This document shows, piece by piece, positions 1-10,304 of a DNA stretch of 64,000 nt (positions within the stretch are counted from its first letter, which is position 1; every line of letters starts with the position of its first letter). Location: the sequence record LC768500.1; one strand, written 5' to 3'. This stretch comes from Klebsiella phage phiKp_32. The notes below the pieces were generated by a model. The model was given only the letters and a program-made list of their open reading frames with translations, searched no databases and had not been told where the DNA came from. The position numbers and the translations under genes are program-made.

Positions 1-2400
1 ATCAGTAATGTGGACTTTTTCTCCAACATCAGCCACATCAGAATGGCCGTTTGTGGAGAGAGCATCTATCTGTTTAAGGTTACAGACACGCAGGCCGATG
101 GACGCAAATATGTGACGATGAGGAAGATCGATGTAAGTTCTGTTGATGTCAACACAGAGAGTGTCGCTCTGACCACACCTTCGCTTATTTACACCGATTC
201 ATCTAATGCCAGTAAAACATCTACGACCGGGGTTTTCGATCCTTTCGTTGTTACCAAAGATGGGTCTAATAAAGTAACCAAAGTGTTGGGTAGTTTTAAC
301 CCAGTACTGGACTATATTGAGATGGAAAGGGACATTCATATTGAAATGATTCCTGATCCGACTAACCCCACTGTGAGTTATATGCGTTGGTGGACCCCTT
401 GCATGCATCATCTCGGGACCAAAGCAGTAACGACGACCTACTCCCCGTCTTGGAAATTACAGGAGAGTGGTGGGTTTACAACGATGACGTGGACGAAAGG
501 ACTAGGGTCTGCTACGATGAACATCACCGCGTGGGATTTGAATTACGCGCCGTGGATGGCTAAACAGAACACAGCGAATACTGCCTTCTTCCAACAAACC
601 TCATCGTGGTTCCACTCCGCAGCAATGGGTAATGGATTTACTGGCTCATCTTCAATACTCTCTAATGATGCAAGATTCTCATGCGCGTCAACCCACTGGA
701 ATTTTTTCCCGTTACTGACCGCAACGAGCATGCCGGATTTCTTTACGTCTAACGACCCTTCCACATTTACGACCGCTGATCCAGCAATAACAAATATGGA
801 TGTTAATGAGGCCGGTGGATATAACCTTAGAACTTTGGCATGTGGGATAACCAACACCACGGTCTATGGATCAGCACCAGCATCAAGTTGTCAGTCCACC
901 TTGCCATTTACTGAGGCGAATAACTCGATAACGCATTATGAACTTATTAAGTCTGAAGTCAATGATGATACCTTTGTTCATACCGCCAAATTGAGAACGG
1001 GCGATAGAACAACGGCTTCGGTATACGACGCCAACACTTATTACCATATGAGTTACACCAACGACATTTATAAGACCAATATCCCTCCAAGGGGGGTACG
1101 AGTCTCTTACGTTGATGAAATGAATGCGGCTAATAAGGGAGAGACGTTCTTCTCGGTGACCGGCGGGACGGTTTATAGTCTGGGTACCGGGCTTCAGGAT
1201 AATCTGTTAACTCACTCTTTCACTACGACCAGAGATTCTTCCACCAGGACGTTGTCGTTTAACCCATCTCTGTATGTTCAAATTACTAATGCTTTGGTTT
1301 TGTCTTTAGTAACGGCGAACTTCCCAAATGCGGCGGCTTACTATCAAAAAGCTTGGACTTTGTTATGGGTGCCAGGGAAAGAGAGTATTATCGCCCCTAT
1401 GCTGATCGTAGAGTGGATGGGGACGGGTTCTGATACTAACGCCTATATCGGCGTGATGACGTTGAACGTAGTTAAAAACCCAACGTTGACCACTAACCAA
1501 ACCGCGACTGTGAATGGTGTAAAAACCTGCGTAATGAATGTAGGTGATTTGACAGTAGCCAACAAATATACTGTGACGAACGGAACCTATTCTGGCGATC
1601 GTTCTTGGTTTGATGCGATTGGCAACCACTACATCAACTCAGGGTATTTCACTGTTTATCGCAATGCGTCTGGCGAAGTATCTTTCTATTGGGGTTCTAC
1701 CAACTCTAAGAACTACGGAAGCCCAACCAGTTATGGTGTGGCTAAAACAGCGTACCTGTCTGGTAAAATGTCGGGACCGAAAGTTATTTCTGCTATTAAT
1801 AACTACCCTGGCGGAAGAGATATGCTGGGATCCGTCGTCTACGCGTTAAAAGGTGTCGGTCTATTGCTGATTTCCGATACGATGTCTACTGATATCTTTG
1901 TGGGCGGTGGTATTACTCCGGCTAAGCTGGCGGGGACTACCTACCAGTCGGTTCTGGATGGATATGCCAACACAGCTTTGTTAGGATCGTTCTACATCAT
2001 CGCTGACATCATTCCGGTCAATCAATGGACGTTGTTCTTCTCAGCGAGCAAGATCGTTTTGAAAGGAACCTATTTCGAACTGCCCGTGGGTACTCTGACA
2101 TTAACAGATTACTTCACCGATGTTCAAAATAAAACGTTCTATTTGTTTTTAAAACTCACTGAAGGTAGCCCGGTATATGAGTTGTCATCAACTATGTTGT
2201 CGGAAACCTCGACGTGTATGTTGATAGCGACGGTTACTACCGATAACTTCAGCATTGTTTCTGTAGATACACAAAAGGTCTTTTCAATGACCGGCTATCG
2301 CGTGTCGTCTCAAGCTATCGGTTCGATCATACCTGGGTCGACCGGGGGGATCAACGAATTGGGCGAGACACCGTGGCTGTCGTCTACCTTGGTTGATTAA
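1..2400 (+). CDS. Large virion structural protein, 5'-truncated at the window edge; putative baseplate or tail-fibre component
   Basis: The reading frame is open from nt 1, so the real start lies upstream of the window. 796+ aa, Thr/Ser/Asn/Gly-rich and beta-rich. Sits in a run of giant ORFs upstream of a spike-like gene. Confidence 0.6.
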   Translation: MSNVDFFSNISHIRMAVCGESIYLFKVTDTQADGRKYVTMRKIDVSSVDVNTESVALTTPSLIYTDSSNASKTSTTGVFDPFVVTKDGSNKVTKVLGSFNPVLDYIEMERDIHIEMIPDPTNPTVSYMRWWTPCMHHLGTKAVTTTYSPSWKLQESGGFTTMTWTKGLGSATMNITAWDLNYAPWMAKQNTANTAFFQQTSSWFHSAAMGNGFTGSSSILSNDARFSCASTHWNFFPLLTATSMPDFFTSNDPSTFTTADPAITNMDVNEAGGYNLRTLACGITNTTVYGSAPASSCQSTLPFTEANNSITHYELIKSEVNDDTFVHTAKLRTGDRTTASVYDANTYYHMSYTNDIYKTNIPPRGVRVSYVDEMNAANKGETFFSVTGGTVYSLGTGLQDNLLTHSFTTTRDSSTRTLSFNPSLYVQITNALVLSLVTANFPNAAAYYQKAWTLLWVPGKESIIAPMLIVEWMGTGSDTNAYIGVMTLNVVKNPTLTTNQTATVNGVKTCVMNVGDLTVANKYTVTNGTYSGDRSWFDAIGNHYINSGYFTVYRNASGEVSFYWGSTNSKNYGSPTSYGVAKTAYLSGKMSGPKVISAINNYPGGRDMLGSVVYALKGVGLLLISDTMSTDIFVGGGITPAKLAGTTYQSVLDGYANTALLGSFYIIADIIPVNQWTLFFSASKIVLKGTYFELPVGTLTLTDYFTDVQNKTFYLFLKLTEGSPVYELSSTMLSETSTCMLIATVTTDNFSIVSVDTQKVFSMTGYRVSSQAIGSIIPGSTGGINELGETPWLSSTLVD

Positions 2401-2406
2401 CCCTTT

Positions 2407-2440
2407 AAAAGGAGGGGACCCCTCCTTTTATTTTTATAGG
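2407..2440 (+). terminator. Rho-independent terminator
   Basis: aaaaggagggg-ac-cccctcctttt stem-loop followed by a T-rich tract, directly after the stop at 2400. Confidence 0.6.
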
Positions 2441-2446
2441 TGTAAT

Positions 2447-5400
2447 ATGTCTGACTTTAAAATCCTATCTTTCGATCCCAGAGGGGATAACACAGATAAT
2501 CTGTTAACCGAGCAGGTGGTATTGGATGACACCACCCTCGATTACATTAAACCGGATTATACTCCATTTTATTCTAGCACTGTGGTTATCACTGATAAAG
2601 ACGGTCAAGTGAGGAATGAAGGGACGGATTATGTTCTGGAAGGGTTGGTGATCCCACTGGTAAAAACTTCCGGTAAGGATGTAAAGGCTTACATCAGAAT
2701 CGTCAATACAGAACTCTATGCTAAGTCTCCACTAAGCATTCAGTATCACTCTTGCGGGATTAACCACTTTCCGAGAGATATGGTTAAGAACACCCCAACT
2801 GGGTCAGAAGGCAACAGCCTCCCTATCGATTGGAATACACAAGTTTTAGGCAAACCTGATTCTTACCCTTTTAAACCTCATATTCATAACGTCGAAACTG
2901 AAATAGCGGCGTGGACTGATCTGGCCGATGAAATAGAAGAAATTTATCAGTACAGAAAAAATCACATCCTCAGCAAATACCAAGAGTTAAAAGGTCTGAG
3001 CGATGCAGTTTGGACTGCGACCGATCTTACTGCCAAGCAGCTCCGCGATAATGTGATGAATCACGATCGTGATCTTGATAACCCTCATGACGTTGATGCG
3101 GCTGACGTTTTACTTGGTAACGTAGATAACTTTGCTACAGCAACCGCCAATGACGAACTCCTGGGTTCGGCTGATAAGTTCTCTACTCCCCTGGGTGCAC
3201 AGTCTATACTTAATAATTCATTACAAAGTACGGACAGTTATCATCACATTGGTCGTCTTCCCCTTTCTTATTACGGAACTGATTTTTACATCCCTCCTCC
3301 GATAGAGGGAGACTTTAAAGGGATGTGGACGAACTGTGAAACGGCCGGATTCTGTTTGGAAGATAACGGAACGTTAATGATGCTCGCCAATGCGTCTGAC
3401 GGAAAGCACAACGGTCTGTTTTACACCACCATTGAAAATTGGGACAGCCCTAATCCAAAAGTCAGGTATACCGGTTATCCTTACCAATGGGGGAGTTTGG
3501 ATTACCGTAAGCTCAACGCCATTGTTGAAGGCTCCGGTAAAGACGTGATGATCGTAGGGAACCGGGCATCTCAGGATTGGTATATTACCCTGACCAAAGG
3601 TACTTTCGATCCAGCGAAACACAATCTTCACAAGATCACTTTCGATACCACCCCTCCTGGGATGTGGGATAACTACGTCGTTAACGAAAGATTCCCTTGG
3701 TTCGATATCAGTAAAGTTTTTGTAGCCGGGGGGTACGTCTGGCTGATGTATCTTAATCATCAGAATTTTAGCAATGAGCTGAGAATAGCAAAAGATCTTT
3801 ACTTCTACCGCATTCCGTTGTCGGCCTTTGATGCTGACGGACCTCTGGTATTCCAAGCTATTACCTTGACGAGCGCGCAGAACGTTTTCGGTACGACGTT
3901 TACTAATGTTAAGCCGCTTCGTATCAGCGATCCCGTCAAGAAAAGCTCAGGGTGGTATAACAACAGTTGGTGTCGAACTTCCCTGGATCTCGTCGCGTCT
4001 TATCAGTGGATAAAATCGGTAATTATTCCTACTGATTACGATTCGACGTCTAATAAGAAACTGATCTATTTAGAAACCAGGATGCATAACTACTATTATA
4101 ATGGTTCGGTGTATAATTTCTATGATCCGGCTCTTCAATTCATTTATATCTTTGATCCGGATAACAATACCTTCTTACTACACCCAGATAGCGGAAGGAA
4201 CTACCTCATTGACGTGGTAACTACCTCCAATAACCCACAGAGGGTAGGAGGAAGGATGGCTAATGGTGATAATTGGGTTAACATCGGTAGGAACCAAAGG
4301 CCGTCTATAACCCACCTCAATGGTTATATCCTAAAATCGGAAATAAATCAGGTCTACACCACCTTTAAATTAAAAACTGATTCACTCAGTTGGTTTAAAG
4401 ACCCCTATTCGGGAGCAACGGGCGGAACCAACGCACTAACAGCCATTAAAAAGTCTTATCCAATGGTAGAACCTCCTGGGGCGGTTCAATCAAGCTATTT
4501 CGATGGAGCCGAAATATATGGGGTTTATGGACCCCACCCATCCAGCGCCTTCAACGTCGCGACCAAAATGGGGCTGTATCTCAGAACCGGATTGGGTGAC
4601 TACGCCGACCATCCTGAGATGAGATGGGACAATACTAATCTCATGATACGTCTTCCCAGCAACCAGGATTTCAAAATTGCGGGTGGTGGGAACTACGCGA
4701 GATGTAGCGTAACCGGTGACGCGGCTGCTTTAACTGCTGCCGGCACCACAATAGGGTGGACCGGATTTAGTGTTTATGAAGACAGGGGTGTTTTCGATAA
4801 ATTCACCAACTGGCCCGCTCAGCCCAGTAATCAGGTTGCTTTACCCGGGAATATCACCTGGAATACCAGCGTTCCTGGGGTCGCGACAGCCCAGGTGAAT
4901 TCTACAGTGAATTACCCAACCACCATTATCAACCAGATTAAGGCGGTGTTGACTAATGGTATCGGAGCGACGAAATATTCGTCATTCACACTCTACGACT
5001 TTACCTATTCCCCATTTGCGGACGTCTATTCGGTAGCTACACTTTTCTATACGAAGCCCGGATCCGCTGGATTGTGGACAAGGTTTATTTTGTTTAAACC
5101 TACGGTAACAACGTCCGGTACCGTAAAAACTGTGACGGCTTATTCTGTTCTGTACAACTCCGGGGAAGTGGTTAACGATGGTCCGAGGTTCTTCGCGAAC
5201 ATTGACATGAGTTATTTTAGGGGAAGTAATACTTATCCCATAGTAGAAGTCTATGTCAATCGAACCACCGGGATCCATTATTACAACATTTATCCGGGTG
5301 TTTGCTTCTATCCGTCAGGAAACACGACAGCGTACGCGGTCGCTTATATCGTGCAGCCCCGTATACAGTTGCAGAGAGCGACCTCTAACAATGTTATTAC

Positions 5401-5959
5401 TGTTACCGAAAACACAACAAGACCTACTTGGTATAACGATGAATATTACGTCACCGTTGTTCCTAAAGTGGGGAGGGTTACCGTTTACGGCATTGACGTG
5501 TTAACTGAGATGGCGAATACCGGATCGATTACAACAGTAAACGGGACGCGATATGTGACCGCTCACACTTATCCGGCGGATAACTGGTATGTGTACTTCA
5601 CCAACGCGATTAACGTAACGATAGAAGGCGGCAGTTATCTCATGCCGACGGGCAGTATATCGCTTTACGACATTGTGAGTAATCCCGTTGATAAGACGTT
5701 CTACGTTTATATCAGGTTGAACGGAACCAAAGCGGAATATTTCGTTACTACCAAAAAGCTTTACGTTTCTAGCAAAATGTTGTTTGTTGCAACGATAACG
5801 ACTAACGATAAAGGGATCAGCAACATCGATCTTCTCCAACCGATGATGGTGGGAGATTTGGTTCTCTCTAACGTACGTCGTGGTCAAGCAATTCCTGTTG
5901 TGGACGGGTCGCTGGGTCAAGAAGCAACTGTGGTATGGAAACGCAGCCAAGATAATTAA
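2447..5959 (+). CDS. Very large virion structural protein (about 1170 aa), function unknown; putative baseplate or fibre-network protein
   Basis: Long ORF. ATG at 2447 (MSDFKIL) is preferred over the tracked 2393 start, which lies inside the terminator hairpin. No catalytic motif recognised. Confidence 0.6.
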   Translation: MSDFKILSFDPRGDNTDNLLTEQVVLDDTTLDYIKPDYTPFYSSTVVITDKDGQVRNEGTDYVLEGLVIPLVKTSGKDVKAYIRIVNTELYAKSPLSIQYHSCGINHFPRDMVKNTPTGSEGNSLPIDWNTQVLGKPDSYPFKPHIHNVETEIAAWTDLADEIEEIYQYRKNHILSKYQELKGLSDAVWTATDLTAKQLRDNVMNHDRDLDNPHDVDAADVLLGNVDNFATATANDELLGSADKFSTPLGAQSILNNSLQSTDSYHHIGRLPLSYYGTDFYIPPPIEGDFKGMWTNCETAGFCLEDNGTLMMLANASDGKHNGLFYTTIENWDSPNPKVRYTGYPYQWGSLDYRKLNAIVEGSGKDVMIVGNRASQDWYITLTKGTFDPAKHNLHKITFDTTPPGMWDNYVVNERFPWFDISKVFVAGGYVWLMYLNHQNFSNELRIAKDLYFYRIPLSAFDADGPLVFQAITLTSAQNVFGTTFTNVKPLRISDPVKKSSGWYNNSWCRTSLDLVASYQWIKSVIIPTDYDSTSNKKLIYLETRMHNYYYNGSVYNFYDPALQFIYIFDPDNNTFLLHPDSGRNYLIDVVTTSNNPQRVGGRMANGDNWVNIGRNQRPSITHLNGYILKSEINQVYTTFKLKTDSLSWFKDPYSGATGGTNALTAIKKSYPMVEPPGAVQSSYFDGAEIYGVYGPHPSSAFNVATKMGLYLRTGLGDYADHPEMRWDNTNLMIRLPSNQDFKIAGGGNYARCSVTGDAAALTAAGTTIGWTGFSVYEDRGVFDKFTNWPAQPSNQVALPGNITWNTSVPGVATAQVNSTVNYPTTIINQIKAVLTNGIGATKYSSFTLYDFTYSPFADVYSVATLFYTKPGSAGLWTRFILFKPTVTTSGTVKTVTAYSVLYNSGEVVNDGPRFFANIDMSYFRGSNTYPIVEVYVNRTTGIHYYNIYPGVCFYPSGNTTAYAVAYIVQPRIQLQRATSNNVITVTENTTRPTWYNDEYYVTVVPKVGRVTVYGIDVLTEMANTGSITTVNGTRYVTAHTYPADNWYVYFTNAINVTIEGGSYLMPTGSISLYDIVSNPVDKTFYVYIRLNGTKAEYFVTTKKLYVSSKMLFVATITTNDKGISNIDLLQPMMVGDLVLSNVRRGQAIPVVDGSLGQEATVVWKRSQDN

Positions 5960-5971
5960 TCGTTTTCACAC

Positions 5972-5990
5972 GGGGGAGTAACCCTCCCCC
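5972..5990 (+). terminator. Short GC hairpin between genes; weak terminator or RNA structure
   Basis: gggggag-taacc-ctccccc. No T-run follows; RBS agaggt and ATG 6005 come next. Confidence 0.35.
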
Positions 5991-6004
5991 TAAGAGGTCA
6001 GATA

Positions 6005-9000
6005 ATGATCATTTTAGATGAAACCATTCCTCCTAATGGTCAAGAGGATGAGCGCTTCGGTCTTTTACTTTACGCGTTAACTGACTACGGGATTAAAAGG
6101 GAGTTACAGCACGTCGCCAGTGTGGCGGTGTTGACCGATAAAGTTGCCGAAGCGAATGCTAAGATGACATCGGTCAGCTCAGCGGTAAACGATGCTCTTG
6201 ACGCCCACATTGCGACAAAAGGACCTATCCATGGAGAGACCAAGGAAACGATAGGTCTGGGTCTTGTTGACAATTTACGGACGGCTACGTTAGAAGAACA
6301 TGTTGACGGTAGCGACGACCTGTTCTGTACTCCTGCTGGAGTAAAATACGCGGCTCAGTTTTTGGTTGAACCTGATTACACCGGATTCATCCCGCAGACC
6401 GTACTCCCTATTGCTTATTTCAAAAGACTGACTGGGGATCTGAGTATTAACTCAACCTCGTTTAGTCCATGGACTCAGAGTAACAAGAAAGGTAACCTGT
6501 ACATCACAGACGGTGCTTATTACGTCAGCCTGTTAAGTAAGAATGGCGGTGGAGTCAACTACCTGAGTGATCTTTTAACATCAAGGGATTTGATGTACTT
6601 CACACCTAGTGGTGGGACGACAGTACCTAAACTGGCATACGGCTGGAACGCTAAGACGGGATACCAAATCCTGAGTGATGGTTCTAAACAGCTTACCTTC
6701 TTCGATTACACTCACAATGGTACTGGTGGGGAGTTCGCTCTTAATTTTTCGGGGTCTGTAACAGGTGACTATCTGTCGACCTTATTCGATCCTTTACTCG
6801 ACACGTCTTCTTTAATAGGCGGGCTGCGCTTAACTCAGGCTGGATTAAATGTCACTCTGACGACTATTACCCAGCCAGATGAGTCGGTCGCAACGCTACT
6901 GGTGGACAACACTACCGGTTTCAGTTTTAATGCCACAGGACCGAAGGGAACGGTTAGAACAGGGACGATTAATAACCTCATTCCTTTAGCCGACTTCATC
7001 ACGGTAACGGACGCTACGGCGGTTACAATTGACCCGACCTACACAGCCATTGACCAAACCCATGGTTATGGGAATATGGAATGGGAGGTTAAGGGGAAAT
7101 CTGCGATCCTTTACACCGATGCTATCCTGAGGACAACATTCCAGGGAGTCGTTAAGAAGATCGTCGCCAGAATAGCGTTAAGGTTGACGATAAGTGGGTC
7201 CACTTACACGATCACTCCCTTGTCTCAAGTGAGTATGGCGACGATAACTGCTGGCGCTATTGCTGTATCTGGGAACATCCTTTTTGAAGAAGAAATTGAT
7301 AACGCTTTACACCCCGTTTACGGAAAAGGTCCGTTCTTAAGCGAGGGTGGGCACGCCACATCAATGGCTTCCAACCAAAGCTTCTTCTTAAGGGCGTTTA
7401 CCCACAATCTAACTAACCTCGTTGACCTGGCTAAAAACTATCACGAAACCCTTTCTCTTTCTGGGGAGTATACAAAGGAATATCCGGGTAGTTTTGCGGC
7501 TCCGATAGGGGTGAACATTAAACGCTTCATACCGTTTAATAGTACTGCTTCGGGGTTAAAGGTTTTAACCTATCCGATGGCCAATACCTCAGAAGACTAC
7601 TACGGGGTATTAAGTTGGGATAGCCCTCAGATTCTCCAGTCGTCTAAGAACAAGCCGCTGTATTATCGGTTCAAGCAGGCGGGCTCTTTAACCAACTTTA
7701 CATTAAGCTCTACCATACCGACCAGGCTGATTGTTAACTCCGGTGCTGATGGCAGTGTTACTGTGAGGGGGCTGAGTTTCTTACGCAGCGATTATACTGC
7801 CGGTACGGGTAAACTGGTCATTACGGAGAATGAGGTTAAAGCGTCGGAAACTTGGGCGTTGGACGCCGACTCCATTACCACAATGGAATCTATCTTGTCG
7901 ACGTTCTCCACCAGAAGTCACACAGCGTACACTTCTGCCGGCGTGGCGTACGACGCAACTAAACAGTCAATGAGCTGGTCTGTTGGGATTTTGACGACCT
8001 CTGACGACATTACCGCAGTAACAAGATGTGTTGTGTTATTATCAGATGGTTGCGGTTATGTGGGGTGTCAAATCGTTCCTACGACGCCTAATAGCGGAAC
8101 AAGAACGTTTACCATCAACAGAGCGTCATTGGGTACACTGACATCCATGACCTTTGGGATGGCTGCTGTTCCTGATTTTAGTGCGGCCGAATATCTGACC
8201 CCGCCAGCGTACAACGACATAATGGTATTAACTCGTTCCGATAATTCGTTAGAGATCGCATTTAATAACGCGTTTAAAACGAAGTACGGGATGGCGTCAT
8301 TCTTATATTCCGGAACAACACTGACGCTGGATAAAATAGAAAATCCAAGAGTCAGTGTAGGGAATTTCCCCATCGTCGGGAAACGCGGCTGTTGCCCTAT
8401 CAGCGTTCCTTACTACGGTATTTTCAGGATGACGGATAACGAGGAGGAGTTTTTCAACGCCAACCTCAATCGTTATCTTAACCAGTATGGTGATTTAACG
8501 GACGACGTAGTCACTATGGGGGGTTCGGATTATCACCTAATCAGAATCCCTGCCGGGACCAAAGTGTTCTTGGATGGTCGAGAATTCCAAATGATCTCCG
8601 GTTTAGTCGTCTACGCTCAGGTAGGAGTGACGTCGTATATTTATCTCACAGCGGCGGCCGATAACGTAATGGCTGAGGCCAGAACCGTAAAATCAGAACC
8701 TGCTGTTGATGAAATCATTTACGCAGTAATGGATGAAGCGGGGAATCTCGTTATCAATGACACGTACACGGTCATCGACGGATTCGCAGTGTCCTACACT
8801 CGTCAGGGTAGTTCTATCCCGTATACCACGGGTTACCCTATGGATCTTGGCGAAACGCTCTTCTTTAAAACAACCTTCGGGGATCCAGATCTCGATGTAA
8901 TCATGAACTCTACCATGCCAGAGTTTGGCGGGATGGAGTACATGCCTGATCTTGATGAGGAGATCAACGACATCATTCCTTCTTGGGATAATCTCGAAGA

Positions 9001-9220
9001 TCAAGCCATGGACCTCATGATGAACCAGATTCTCCCAGAGGATATTGGAACATTGGAGGAAAATATCGATGAGCGCATCAACGAAATTCAACCTGAGTAC
9101 GTCGAAGACTACAGAGATTCCAACGACATCATTGTTAACCAATTGATGCCGGAAATAGGTATGTCTCGATTTGTATTGACGGATTATATCGTTAACCAGA
9201 TCTTACCTGATTCGGAATAA
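6005..9220 (+). CDS. Large virion structural protein (1071 aa) with a highly acidic, repeat-containing C-terminus
   Basis: Long ORF with RBS. C-terminal about 110 aa is D/E-rich with three N-Q-[IL]-[LM]-P-[ED] repeats. Confidence 0.6.
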   Translation: MIILDETIPPNGQEDERFGLLLYALTDYGIKRELQHVASVAVLTDKVAEANAKMTSVSSAVNDALDAHIATKGPIHGETKETIGLGLVDNLRTATLEEHVDGSDDLFCTPAGVKYAAQFLVEPDYTGFIPQTVLPIAYFKRLTGDLSINSTSFSPWTQSNKKGNLYITDGAYYVSLLSKNGGGVNYLSDLLTSRDLMYFTPSGGTTVPKLAYGWNAKTGYQILSDGSKQLTFFDYTHNGTGGEFALNFSGSVTGDYLSTLFDPLLDTSSLIGGLRLTQAGLNVTLTTITQPDESVATLLVDNTTGFSFNATGPKGTVRTGTINNLIPLADFITVTDATAVTIDPTYTAIDQTHGYGNMEWEVKGKSAILYTDAILRTTFQGVVKKIVARIALRLTISGSTYTITPLSQVSMATITAGAIAVSGNILFEEEIDNALHPVYGKGPFLSEGGHATSMASNQSFFLRAFTHNLTNLVDLAKNYHETLSLSGEYTKEYPGSFAAPIGVNIKRFIPFNSTASGLKVLTYPMANTSEDYYGVLSWDSPQILQSSKNKPLYYRFKQAGSLTNFTLSSTIPTRLIVNSGADGSVTVRGLSFLRSDYTAGTGKLVITENEVKASETWALDADSITTMESILSTFSTRSHTAYTSAGVAYDATKQSMSWSVGILTTSDDITAVTRCVVLLSDGCGYVGCQIVPTTPNSGTRTFTINRASLGTLTSMTFGMAAVPDFSAAEYLTPPAYNDIMVLTRSDNSLEIAFNNAFKTKYGMASFLYSGTTLTLDKIENPRVSVGNFPIVGKRGCCPISVPYYGIFRMTDNEEEFFNANLNRYLNQYGDLTDDVVTMGGSDYHLIRIPAGTKVFLDGREFQMISGLVVYAQVGVTSYIYLTAAADNVMAEARTVKSEPAVDEIIYAVMDEAGNLVINDTYTVIDGFAVSYTRQGSSIPYTTGYPMDLGETLFFKTTFGDPDLDVIMNSTMPEFGGMEYMPDLDEEINDIIPSWDNLEDQAMDLMMNQILPEDIGTLEENIDERINEIQPEYVEDYRDSNDIIVNQLMPEIGMSRFVLTDYIVNQILPDSE

Positions 9221-9224
9221 CGTT

Positions 9225-9260
9225 TATAGCGGAGAGGGGCGTGAGCCCCTCTCCGCTATA
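9225..9260. terminator. Bidirectional terminator between convergent genes
   Basis: Perfect 16-bp stem tatagcggagaggggc / gcccctctccgctata with a gtga loop. Flanked by A/T runs on both sides. Confidence 0.75.
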
Positions 9261-9267
9261 TTTATTG

Positions 9268-10254
9268 TTAACCGCCGCCAACCGGCATACCACCTGTACC
9301 GCTGCCACCTGAATTGCTATGACGATGTTTCAATAGGGATACCGCACCACCCCCTGCTGTAACATCACCTTTGGCATTTATAGATTCTTCTGCGTTAATG
9401 GTTCCTGAACACTGCATGGTTCCATCACCGCCTTCACCCGCAATTGTGGTAATGTTACCCGCCACACCCAGGTTACCAATAACTGATGTGTTAGCCTTTA
9501 TATTCACTCCTTCTGGAGCAACGACGTTGACGTCTTGCGCACTAACCAGCATTTGTTTGCAGATTATGCTTAATAGTTTATCGGCACTAATTCCAAATGT
9601 GTCCGCGCACTTAATTAAGATGTTCATCTTAGCCAGTGTAATTTCTGACCCATCCTGATTTCGTACGCTCGTGGTGTGCGACATCGAATCGGTAGCGATG
9701 ATGTTGCCTTCACCATCCCCAAGGAGAACGGTCCCTGCTTGGGCGTCTACTTGGAATTGATATTTGGTCTTCTCTCCGTTAGCTTGGGATGTCATAAACC
9801 CAACTTTACCCGTGTGGGTGGAGATCTCAAACGTGTAATAGTTATCCAGAGAGAATTCAGCATTCTCGTCTAAATTAGGATTGGCGGAAAATCCCCAAAC
9901 CACTGTCTCCAGTCGTTTAGTCTTCGTATCGACCCCATGGAGTGTCCAGAGTAATTGATCTGAATCCCCATACCGATATATGGCAACTGGTGTCCCTTCT
10001 CTGACATCCGGAGCCGTCATTCGGTTACCGCCGTCACCCATCCACTTAGCCGTCACTGAGTTAGATCCCAAAACCTGAGAAGTTTTGTTAGTTCCGTCGG
10101 CTGTTTGCGATGTTTGAACAGAGGTTTGGGCTGTGGCGACTTCCCTACCATCAGCCATCATGTTATACGATGGAAGGGAAACGGTAATTTCTTTTGAGTC
10201 AGTTTGTTTAGTCGATGTTACCGTTCCGACACCTAAACAATTCAGTAAATTCAT
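9268..10254 (-). CDS. Putative baseplate central spike or needle protein (gp5-like C-terminal beta-helix, Gly-rich tip)
   Basis: 328 aa. C-terminal VxGN-type repeats (VNVVAPEGVNIKANTSVIGNLGVAGNITTIAGEGG) and a GGSGTGG tail. This is the only - strand gene in the structural block. Confidence 0.4.
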   Translation of the reverse strand: MNLLNCLGVGTVTSTKQTDSKEITVSLPSYNMMADGREVATAQTSVQTSQTADGTNKTSQVLGSNSVTAKWMGDGGNRMTAPDVREGTPVAIYRYGDSDQLLWTLHGVDTKTKRLETVVWGFSANPNLDENAEFSLDNYYTFEISTHTGKVGFMTSQANGEKTKYQFQVDAQAGTVLLGDGEGNIIATDSMSHTTSVRNQDGSEITLAKMNILIKCADTFGISADKLLSIICKQMLVSAQDVNVVAPEGVNIKANTSVIGNLGVAGNITTIAGEGGDGTMQCSGTINAEESINAKGDVTAGGGAVSLLKHRHSNSGGSGTGGMPVGGG

Positions 10255-10304
10255 ACCCTGTCCCTTTATTTATAAGACTTTGTCATTTAAAAAATGGTTA
10301 CTAT

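Noticed and set aside
3374-3856. 160-aa ORF on the - strand inside the 2447..5959 structural gene. Similar antisense ORFs lie at 199-411, 543-860, 1363-1629, 4982-5278, 5501-5950, 8068-8373, 8693-9142, 9371-9658, 16484-16702, 20194-20493, 24746-25009, 32504-33030, 36246-36458, 39047-39298, 41367-41955, 43030-43802, 48250-48649, 56352-56618, 57972-58307 and 60595-60972.
   Set aside because: All are fully embedded in longer, well-supported genes on the opposite strand or in another frame. They lack RBS motifs and have the odd composition typical of shadow ORFs.
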